Shown piece by piece: positions 1 to 8,800 of a stretch of DNA of 62,519 nucleotides. The notes beneath the pieces are model-generated. The model ran no database searches. It saw only the letters and a list, made by a program, of their open reading frames with translations, and was not told the origin of the DNA. The DNA is from Bacteroidales bacterium (lineage in GTDB: Bacteria > Bacteroidota > Bacteroidia > Bacteroidales > WCHB1-69), in contig JAGCVQ010000070.1 of the NCBI GenBank assembly GCA_017962275.1, positions 1 to 62,519 of the forward strand, written 5' to 3'. Numbering within the stretch: position 1 is the stretch's first letter; the number at the start of each line of letters is the position of its first letter. The position numbers and the translations under genes are program-made.

Positions 1-239
1 GCGAGATGGAGGTTCCGCCGCCCGGTGCGTTCTCTGGCGAGATGGAGGTTCCGCCGCCTCCTATCGTCGGCGGCGGAATGACGCGCGCTGTCGTGTGTGC
101 CAAAAGGGGAAAACAGATGGGCGGCAGTAAAAGAGTGCCGTAGCCAGATCATGTTACTGCCGCCCATCTGTTTTCCCCCTTTTCTCCCCTGTGCGACACG
201 TCATTCCGCAAAACGCGACAGCGTTGAGCGGAATCTCCA
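1..239. repeat. Composite palindromic element: GTCATTCCG...CGGAA(C/T)CTCC REP-like units in inverted orientation around a ~28-bp-arm hairpin
   Basis: revcomp of 37-82 = GTCATTCCGCCGCCGACGATAGGAGGCGGCGGAACCTCC; 200-238 = GTCATTCCGCAAAACGCGACAGCGTTGAGCGGAATCTCC; inner arms GGGGAAAACAGATGGGCGGCAGTAA / TTACTGCCGCCCATCTGTTTTCCCC (~105-179); same unit recurs at ~60634-60680. Confidence 0.8.
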
Positions 240-410
240 ACGATGTAACACTGTTTTGTTAATAAAATCATTCGAAACCGTACTGGCGCGGCCTTTTTTC
301 TTTAAAACGTAAAAACGAAGCGGACTGTTTAAATGTTTTTGTATTCTTGCGGCGAAATAAAGTTCACCGATTGGTGGTCCACTAACTGGTGAACCGATTA
401 AAACGTTAAT

Positions 411-788
411 TCACAATATTTTGCAGTTTTCTTGAAAGAAATTGAGAGGTCTTTCACTTGTCTTCAGAATGACAACTCCGGATTGTTCAACAACACGTCC
501 ACGATCTGATGGTAAACCTGACGATCGGCGACTTCGAATCAAGACTTTGCTCTGCTCCGTCGCCAGGTCTTCTTTCAGGACAGTCATGAGCATATAGATG
601 CCTTGCTCTGTGAAAACGAAAGGAAGGTGTTGCCGACCACCTCGCTTTTCCGTTTTTGATATCAAATTTTTTGATGTCAAAACTTCCGGATTATCATAAT
701 CAACTATTCCACAATTAGTTGTCAGGATTTTTGAGGTCAAATGAATATCAGTAATGTATAACAAAAAAAAAGATTGCCACAATTTCAA
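411..788 (-). pseudogene. Truncated ORF6N-domain DNA-binding protein fragment
   Basis: GGRQHLPFVFTEQGIYMLMTVLK resembles the C-terminal motif of ORF6N domains; N-terminal half missing, weak start. Confidence 0.6.
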
Positions 789-826
789 AGAATATTCGTT
801 ATACAGACGTAATAAAAGGAAACTTT

Positions 827-904
827 TTCCTTAAACAGTCCCGAAGGGACAAGACGCACGAAGTGCTAATAACCCCACACAAGGCTTTAGCCGCAGTGTG
901 GGGC
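827..904 (+). repeat. REP-A element (~80 bp, GTCCC.GAGGGAC plus CCCCACA..TGTGGGG hairpins)
   Basis: TTCCTTAAACAGTCCCGAAGGGACAAGACGCACGAAGTGCTAATAACCCCACACAAGG...GTGTGGGG; about 10 related copies in the window. Confidence 0.85.
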
Positions 905-931
905 TTATATGAAACAAAAAAAAACTATAAT

Positions 932-3900
932 ATGAAAAGAATCAAATTACTCAGATTGTTAGCCGTCGTTTTCGCGCTGCAGATGACCTTCGGGAGCACA
1001 GAAGCTTCAGCAAAGGTCACGGACGACTGTCTCCCGCCCCAATTCTATATCACAGACTGGCCCACGTTCCGGGTGGTGGTGGATTTCCCAGCCCCGAACA
1101 CCCACCTGCTCTATTATAGCCAAACGGGCGACACAGCAACGGTTTGCGTGGCGTTCACGGGCAGCTATTACGAACTCCCGACGCTGCCGCCGAACACGGA
1201 CTACACGTTCTGGATGGCGGACATCTGCAACGGGGACACGTCGGCCCTCTCTTCGCCTTACCCCTTCACCACACCTTGTGGCACCCAAACAGCCCCCTAC
1301 ACGGAAACGTTCACCACGGATGCCAACTGCTGGTCGTGGGACAACGACTTCTTCTCCTATCAAAGCGGATATATTTACACCACCTCGTATGGTCTATACT
1401 ATCCCATTTTGGCGGTCTCTCCGGTAATCAATGCCTCTGGACTGCAACATCCTTACTTGCGTTTTTCCCACTACCAACCTGAGTTCCAAGGGAATTATAA
1501 GAACGTGGCGGTCTATTATCGTGACAGTAATCAGGATTCCTGGCACAAGTTGGGGACGTACGTAACGCCCACCACGGATTGGACGACTGACTCGTTGTCG
1601 CTGCCCTCCAACTCCGCCACGCTCCAAATCGCCTTCGAAGGGGTGGGCAGTGCCTACAACACCCGCGCCCAATTCGACAACATCAGTGTGTATGAGGGAC
1701 CGGCCTGTCCGGTGGTCTCCGAAGTGGTGATGGCGCATGAGGAAAACGGCAATGCGCTCATCACGTGGATAGGTGCGGAAAACGGACAGTATGCGGTGCG
1801 CTACCGCGAGTTGGCGGACACGGCATGGGTGGACTTGGGATACGACAACGCGGATTCCACCCTGCTGACCGGCCTGAATCCGTTGACTAACTACGTGGTG
1901 GAAGTGGCCATTCTATGCGACTCGGGAATGCAGTATATCCCGGGCGAGTTCACCACGGGCATGGCCCCAGTAAGCCTCCCCTACTCCACGGACTTCGCCG
2001 ACACTTCCGACCAAGCGTGGATATTGGACAACGGCAACTGCTCAAACCATTGGATGATGGGCGTTCCCGGTGTCGGCACGCTTGATAACGCGCTTTTTAT
2101 CGCACAACATTACACAACGACGGCGGGCTATAACGTGCAGGCCACCACCAACGTCTGCGCGTACAAAACCTTCCACACGGATGCCGGCCCCTTCGTCTAT
2201 CTCGAATTCGACGTGCAGGTGGGCGGCGAATCCTACAACGACTACCTGAAGGTCTTCTGGGCACCCGACAGCGTGGAGTTTCCCGCTTCCACCGGCACCC
2301 CGAATTACAGCCAGGTCGCCTACATGACGAACGCACTGAATTTCAGCGACTATCTCAGCCAAACCGGGAACACGTCCTTCCCTTACAAGTTGAACCTCAC
2401 CAACGGCAATGTGATCCACGTAAGCATGGAGTTGGACAACATTACCCCGAACGGTGTATCGAAGTTGGTGTTCGCGTGGCGCAACAACTATGGTTCCGGC
2501 ACGCAGCCCGGCGCCATCGTCTCGAACGTACACATCTGGCAACAAGATTGTTATGCTGTGAATGACCTTGCCCTTTCCAGCACATTTATGGACACGGCGG
2601 TGGTTACGTGGAGCACCTATTTGCCAAACGCTACCTATACGTTGCAATACAAGCCGCAAAACATGTCCTGGACCGATCCGACGGTGACCAGCATGACGGT
2701 GACCGACACCTTTGCAGTGCTCGCAGGACTGCTCCCCCAGACCGCCTACGACCTCCGCGTGGCCACGAACTGCGACACCTCCCTGTCGGAGTGGCGGAAC
2801 ATCAATTTCATTTCGGGTTGCGACGTGGTCACGGTCACCGATCAGACATCGTATCTGGAGACCTTCCCGACGGAGCCGGAATGTTGGAAATTAGCCACCA
2901 ACCCGTGGCACGCGTGGACATGGACAAACGGGAAACTCTACCACAACCATCTCTATCCCGGGACAGACACCTGCGGCATCATGTCGCCCGTGTTCGACAT
3001 CTCCGCGGTCACGCGCCCGTACGTCTCCGTCAAGCATTCGTCCAACAGCGGCTCCAACAATTCCGATGACTTCGGTGTCTATTACCGGACGAGCGCGACC
3101 GACAGTTGGCACAAGCGGGGACTGTTCACCCAGTCGTCTTCCTCGCTGCAGAACGACTCGATACCGTTCCCGTCGGGTTCTGATTACATCCAGCTCGCCT
3201 TCTTCGCCAAGGAGGCCGGAGGCGGCACCATCACGGTGGATGACATCGCTGTGTTCAACGGTCCGGAGTGCGCCCCCGTCTATTACCTCACCGCCGACGG
3301 CATCACCGCCGATTCCGCCACCATCACGTGGGTGGGCTTCTCCGACAACGGTTACGCCATCCGCTACCGCATTCTGCCCGACACCACCTGGGTCTATTAT
3401 GACACCACCTACGACTGTTATTACATCTTCGACGGCTTGCAAGGCAGCAAGAATTACCATGTGCAGGTCTCATCCGTCTGTTCGGGCTCGGCCTACAAGT
3501 CGGTGAATTTCTCCACCCCGTTGGGCATCGAGGATCTGCCCTACTACACCGATTTCTCGCCCGAGATGGACCAAGACTGGAAACTCAACAACGGTGTTTG
3601 CAACAACTATTGGATGGTCGGCAAGGTCGATACGACTGCCGATGCCGACTACGGGCTGTTCATCTCTAACAACGGAATGACCCCGAACTACGGCAGCGGC
3701 CAATCCACGGTGACGGCCGAGAAGCTCTTCCGTATCGGCACAAACCCCGAAATATCCATCGATTTCGATGTCAAGGTCGGAGGCGAAAGTCGGTACGATT
3801 TCTTAAAATTACTCCTGTCCGGCCCGACGGTGGAATACGCGGCCTCCACCGCCACGGAAAACAGTTCCGGGTATCCGTTGTATATGCTTTACAACGTGAA

Positions 3901-5578
3901 TTGGTCAGGCTACAGTTATGATTTCACAAACTACAAACCGCTCACCGGAAATCAACAATACCCATATATTTTCAACCTGACCAACGGCAATGTCGTGCAT
4001 ATTACGGCCACCATGACCAACCCATACTATAACCCGGATGCGAACTCCACCATCAAAGTTGCATTTGCTTGGACAAACGACAATGCGGTCCATAACCAGC
4101 CTGGGGCCATCATCTATAATGTCTCCGTACACACCAACAATTGCGACCCTGTGAACAACTTGGCGATCACGGAAATGCATCCCACCTCGGCTACACTTTC
4201 CTGGACGGCCGGCAATGTAGAGACTGCCTGGAATGTGGACTACAAGGAGGCCAGTGCCACCTCGTGGATTTCCGACGCAGTGAATAGCCCGACTTACACC
4301 TTGACAAATTTGCAGCCCGAGACCGAGTACTTTGTGCGTGTGCAGGCCGACTGCGGCAACGGGGACGTCTCTACATACGAGATAATTTCGTTCTATACGC
4401 CCTCCTGCGAGGCGATAGACCAGTGCGAATACACGTTCATCCTGACCGACACTTATGGCGACGGCTGGAGCGGCGGACACTTGTATGTGCGCCAGAACGG
4501 TGTGCAGATTGCGGACTTGGAGGCCGTTGACCATGCCGGCCAGCACGGCACGATGTCCTACGACACCATTTCGGTGATGTTGTGTGACGGGGCGGATGTC
4601 CAGCTGGTTTGGGACAACGGCAACATGTTCAACCAGTGCGGGTTCATCTTCCAAAGCCCGGAAGGGGTCACGCTGTACCAAATCGCTCAATTGTTCAACC
4701 ACTATCCGGACACCACCCTTTACGCTTTCACGGCCGACTGCCCGTTGGTGCCGCCCGTGGTGGTCACGGACTCCGTATCGCAGATCGGGACGACCGATGC
4801 CACGTTCCACGGCCATCTTGCCGATTTGGGCAACCAACCCATTATCAGCCAAGGATTTGAATGGAAGGAGTTCTCGAACGGAATCTACAACCATTCCGTG
4901 AATGTGGTAGGGAATCCGATGGTTCACACCGTCACGAATTTGCAGCACTCAACGCAGTACGTGTTCCGGACGTTTGTGTCCACGGACACCGCCATCTATT
5001 ACGGGACGGAGATCTCCTTCACGACCGAGCAGGGACCCTGTCCCACCCCCTCCGACCTGCACGTCACCGATTCGTCGGAGAGCACTCTCGCCATCGCTTG
5101 GACCGAGAACGGCGATGCGGAGCAGTGGAACATCCAGTACCGGGCAGGCAGCGGCGAGATGAGCTCCGCCGTCTCCTACGCGACCTCCTACCTTATCACC
5201 GACCTTCAACCCAACACCGAGTACCAGATCCAGGTACAGTCGGTCTGCGGCATCACCTCCAGCGACTGGACCCCGGTGGTGACCGGCAAGACCACCTCGT
5301 CAGACTCCATCGGCATCGCGGATTACGACCGGTACATCAGGGTTTACCCGAACCCCGCAGGCGACGTGATCAATGTAGAATGTACAATGAACAATGTACA
5401 ATTAGGTGGGGAGCTCGAGGTGGTGGATGTCTATGGGAAGGTAATCGCCGTGGTAGGGGCGAATAATTATTCGCCCCTACGGACCCGCATCGACGTTTCG
5501 GGCCTCGCCGCCGGCGTCTATTTCGTGCGGGTGGACACCGAGCAGGGCGTTGTGACGAAGGCGTTCGTGAAACAATGA
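932..5578 (+). CDS. Large secreted fibronectin type III repeat protein with T9SS type A C-terminal sorting domain
   Basis: Signal peptide MKRIKLLRLL... at ATG 932 (ORF-track start 863 lies in a REP); multiple FN3 motifs; C-terminus YPNPA...DVYGK...GVYFVRV...KAFVKQ. Confidence 0.9.
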   Translation: MKRIKLLRLLAVVFALQMTFGSTEASAKVTDDCLPPQFYITDWPTFRVVVDFPAPNTHLLYYSQTGDTATVCVAFTGSYYELPTLPPNTDYTFWMADICNGDTSALSSPYPFTTPCGTQTAPYTETFTTDANCWSWDNDFFSYQSGYIYTTSYGLYYPILAVSPVINASGLQHPYLRFSHYQPEFQGNYKNVAVYYRDSNQDSWHKLGTYVTPTTDWTTDSLSLPSNSATLQIAFEGVGSAYNTRAQFDNISVYEGPACPVVSEVVMAHEENGNALITWIGAENGQYAVRYRELADTAWVDLGYDNADSTLLTGLNPLTNYVVEVAILCDSGMQYIPGEFTTGMAPVSLPYSTDFADTSDQAWILDNGNCSNHWMMGVPGVGTLDNALFIAQHYTTTAGYNVQATTNVCAYKTFHTDAGPFVYLEFDVQVGGESYNDYLKVFWAPDSVEFPASTGTPNYSQVAYMTNALNFSDYLSQTGNTSFPYKLNLTNGNVIHVSMELDNITPNGVSKLVFAWRNNYGSGTQPGAIVSNVHIWQQDCYAVNDLALSSTFMDTAVVTWSTYLPNATYTLQYKPQNMSWTDPTVTSMTVTDTFAVLAGLLPQTAYDLRVATNCDTSLSEWRNINFISGCDVVTVTDQTSYLETFPTEPECWKLATNPWHAWTWTNGKLYHNHLYPGTDTCGIMSPVFDISAVTRPYVSVKHSSNSGSNNSDDFGVYYRTSATDSWHKRGLFTQSSSSLQNDSIPFPSGSDYIQLAFFAKEAGGGTITVDDIAVFNGPECAPVYYLTADGITADSATITWVGFSDNGYAIRYRILPDTTWVYYDTTYDCYYIFDGLQGSKNYHVQVSSVCSGSAYKSVNFSTPLGIEDLPYYTDFSPEMDQDWKLNNGVCNNYWMVGKVDTTADADYGLFISNNGMTPNYGSGQSTVTAEKLFRIGTNPEISIDFDVKVGGESRYDFLKLLLSGPTVEYAASTATENSSGYPLYMLYNVNWSGYSYDFTNYKPLTGNQQYPYIFNLTNGNVVHITATMTNPYYNPDANSTIKVAFAWTNDNAVHNQPGAIIYNVSVHTNNCDPVNNLAITEMHPTSATLSWTAGNVETAWNVDYKEASATSWISDAVNSPTYTLTNLQPETEYFVRVQADCGNGDVSTYEIISFYTPSCEAIDQCEYTFILTDTYGDGWSGGHLYVRQNGVQIADLEAVDHAGQHGTMSYDTISVMLCDGADVQLVWDNGNMFNQCGFIFQSPEGVTLYQIAQLFNHYPDTTLYAFTADCPLVPPVVVTDSVSQIGTTDATFHGHLADLGNQPIISQGFEWKEFSNGIYNHSVNVVGNPMVHTVTNLQHSTQYVFRTFVSTDTAIYYGTEISFTTEQGPCPTPSDLHVTDSSESTLAIAWTENGDAEQWNIQYRAGSGEMSSAVSYATSYLITDLQPNTEYQIQVQSVCGITSSDWTPVVTGKTTSSDSIGIADYDRYIRVYPNPAGDVINVECTMNNVQLGGELEVVDVYGKVIAVVGANNYSPLRTRIDVSGLAAGVYFVRVDTEQGVVTKAFVKQ
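5453..5480. repeat. 28-bp GTAG-type palindrome inside the CDS (read as VGANNYSPL)
   Basis: GTAGGGGCGAATAA/TTATTCGCCCCTAC perfect palindrome. Confidence 0.9.
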
Positions 5579-5640
5579 AAATGAAGAATGAAGAATAAAT
5601 ATTCTGCATTCTTCATTCTACATTCTTAATTCTTAATTAA
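5574..5640. repeat. Heptamer arrays (AATGAAG)n / (CATTCTT)n in inverted arrangement
   Basis: Begins at the TGA stop of the T9SS gene; similar array at 11201-11294. Confidence 0.8.
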
Positions 5641-5679
5641 AAAAGGGTCGTTGCCAGCACTGGCGCGGCCTTTTTTTTT
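5641..5679 (+). terminator. Probable intrinsic terminator
   Basis: GGTCGTTGCCAG-CA-CTGGCGCGGCC stem followed by a T run. Confidence 0.65.
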
Positions 5680-5713
5680 GTGGATGGGGAATTAGTCACT
5701 TTTTTCTTTTTCG

Positions 5714-5740
5714 TGTAACGAAATCCGAGAGGCGTGCGAC
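5714..5740 (+). promoter_or_regulatory. Possible ECF-sigma promoter (TGTAAC-N17-CGAC)
   Basis: Motif matches SigX-like ECF consensus, ~65 nt upstream of ATG 5804. Confidence 0.35.
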
Positions 5741-5803
5741 AGAGTGCAGTGAAGGGGAGGATTCGCAATGAAGAATTCACGAGACAACTAAAACACCAAT
5801 AAT

Positions 5804-8800
5804 ATGAAAAAGAAACTTTACACCATCATCACGCTGCTGCTGCTCTGCGGATGGGCGCAGGCGCAAACCGACAGTCTGCAGGTTGATTCGACGGCGTGTG
5901 TCGCTCCGCAGTTCACCGTGTACACAACCGGAACCGATGCCGTTTTCAACTGGTACGAAACCGACACCATCACGGAAACCGACACCTTCCTGATCATCTA
6001 TCGTCTCCTTTCCGGGACACCACAAGACAATGTGTACGAGATGGTTACCGGGAATAACGGGGAGTTCGGCGAAGCGGTCATTTCGGGACTCCTTCCCCTG
6101 ACGGAATACCTCGCATGGATGGCCAAGATTTGCAGCGGCGACACCTCTGCTGTGGATTCGGCCACGCTCTTCACCACAGGCTGCGGCACGTTTATGACCC
6201 CATTCGAGGAACATTTCAGTTCGAGCCAGCACTGCTGGACCCTCGACCCTGCCTTCTCTTATTCAATTGACTACGTTTACACCACAAATTACACTTACTC
6301 TTCCGGATATTTCGACACGGTGCGGGCGGTATCCCCTGTGATTGATGTCTCCGGACTTAGCCATCCATATCTGAAATTCTCCCGCATTCAGAACGATGCG
6401 AATGGAATGCATAAGGATCTGGCTCTGTATTATCGTGAATATGAAGAAGATGAGTGGCATGATTTAGGAACGTTCTTCTCAACGACAAGTTCCACCGATT
6501 GGAAGACCGACTCGCTGGCGATTCCTTCGCAATCGGCCACGCTGCAGCTCGGATTTTTCTCCATAGCACATGAAAACCAGCAGTTTCCACGCATTTCGTT
6601 GGACGACATCTACGTCTATGACGGCACGGACTGTCCGCCTGCCACCGACCTGATGTTGTCCGAAATCAGCACGGACACCGCTTTCATTCGCTGGATCAAC
6701 TGCGACACGGTGGACTATCAAGTGCGGTACAGGATTCTTCCCGACACGAACTGGATTTACACAAATGGGATGGATGGAACTGCCATTATCACCCCGGTCG
6801 AAATCCTCTCCAACTATGAGGTTCAAGTGTCGCCGTTATGCGATCTGGTAGAATGGGTCTCTTGCACGTTCAGCACGGGCTGCGGCACGTTTCTGGCCCC
6901 CTTTGAGGAACATTTCGGTTCGAGCCAGCACTGCTGGACCCTCGATCTGGCGTTCTCGAATGGGGTGGACCACATCTACACCTCGAACTACGTGTCTCCC
7001 ACCGTCAGCACGAACTACGGCTATATCGACACGGCGCGGGCCATTTCGCCGGTCATTGACGTATCCGCACTGGCCAACCCTTATCTGAAATTCTCCCGAA
7101 CTCAGACTGAATCCAACGGAACGCACAAGGATTTGGCTTTGTATTACCGTGATTATGAAGAAGATGAGTGGCACTACTTGGGAACTTATATCACGCCGGC
7201 AGGATCATTGAATTGGAAAACCGACTCGTTAGCCATTCCTTCGCATTCCGCCACGCTGCAACTCGGTTTCTTCTCTATACAGCGCGAAAACGCCCAACAG
7301 ACCGCTATCCATTTGGACGACATCTATGTCTATGACGGGCCGGAATGTCCCCCCGCCTCCGACCTGGCATTGTCCGGCTTCAGTGACGACACCGCCTTCA
7401 TCCACTGGATTGCAGACGCCAACACACCTTACCATGTGCGCTACCGCACACTCCCCGGAAACAACTGGGTTAATGTCAACGACTTAGACGGCATGGCGCT
7501 TATTGAGCCCCTCGCTCCGCACACGAATTACGAAGTGCAGGTCTCGCCCTTCTGCGACTTGGAGACGTGGTCATCCTGCACCTTCACCTCTCCCGCCGGT
7601 GCGGTCAATCTGCCCTACTCCACCAACTTTGCCGGAAGTGCCGACGAGGGCTGGGAATTCAACAACGGCACGTGTCTGAACCATTGGAAGATTGGTGATC
7701 CCGGCGACTACCTACAAATACCCAACGCGCTGTTTGTCACTTTCAATGACACGGTGGCAGGCTATGGACAGGACAACTTCTACACCACTATCACAGCGTT
7801 CAAGAGGTTCAATATGAGCGACATATCCACGGTGAACATCGAGTTTGATGTCCTCTGCGGCGGCAACATCCAGAGTTATACTCCGAAGGATTACCTGAAA
7901 GTCTTTTTTGCGCCCGCTACAGAAGAATACCCCTCTTCCGAAAACAGCCTTGCGTATGCGGAACCCACTGCCTCACTTTACGCAATGGATTTCCAAGATT
8001 ATTTGAGCCAAACGGGCGATACAAATTACCGTTACAAGCTGAATCTGACGCAAGGTAACGTACTGCATATCAGCGTGGAGATGCCCAATCCAACGCCTAA
8101 CGGCGAGTCGAAGCTGGTGTTTGTGTGGCACAACGACCACAGTTACTACAGCGATGTTCAACCGGCCGCCATCATCACCAACCTGCACGTGTGGCAGAAC
8201 GACTGCGATGTGGTTTCCCAGCTCAATGTGTTTGATATTGTTGGGCAATCTGCTCTGGTCTCCTGGGTGCCGCCGGCAAACGCCCCGACCATCGAGCTTC
8301 AGTACAAACTGTACGCCATGGATTGGTCTGATCAGAGCGTGACCACCATCCTGTTGGACTCCAACTACCTGATTCTGCAAAATCTGCTGAACGACACCGC
8401 TTACGATGTGCGGGTCCGGGTGGATTGCGGAGACACGCTGGGCGTGGGCACTTGGCGCTATGTCTCGTTCATCACAAGCTGTGGTATCGTGGTCACGGAC
8501 AGTACCCCTTACATCGAAAATTTCAACTATGTAGGTCTGGCACCGGAATGCTGGAACCTCACGGTAAACCCGTTGCATTCCTGGTATAAGGCATGGTATT
8601 CCCAAGCCCTGGCCCATGACAACCACGCCAACAATGATTGGGGAGAGGAGTGTCCGGCGCTAACCCCGACGATGGATATTTCCGCGGTGTCCAACCCCTA
8701 TCTTAAATTCAAACACGAACTGGGTGGCATTCGGGTGGCTTCCCGGACGAGTGCCCTGAGCCCGTGGCAGGAGTTGGCCACTTTCTCTGGAAACGCCATC

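Noticed and set aside
97-312. 71-aa ORF
   Set aside because: Lies within palindromic repeats.
863-931. N-terminal extension MLITPHK... of the first T9SS protein and similar REP-derived ORFs (e.g. 28292..28555, 25662..25898)
   Set aside because: They are translations of REP-A; the signal peptide starts at 932.
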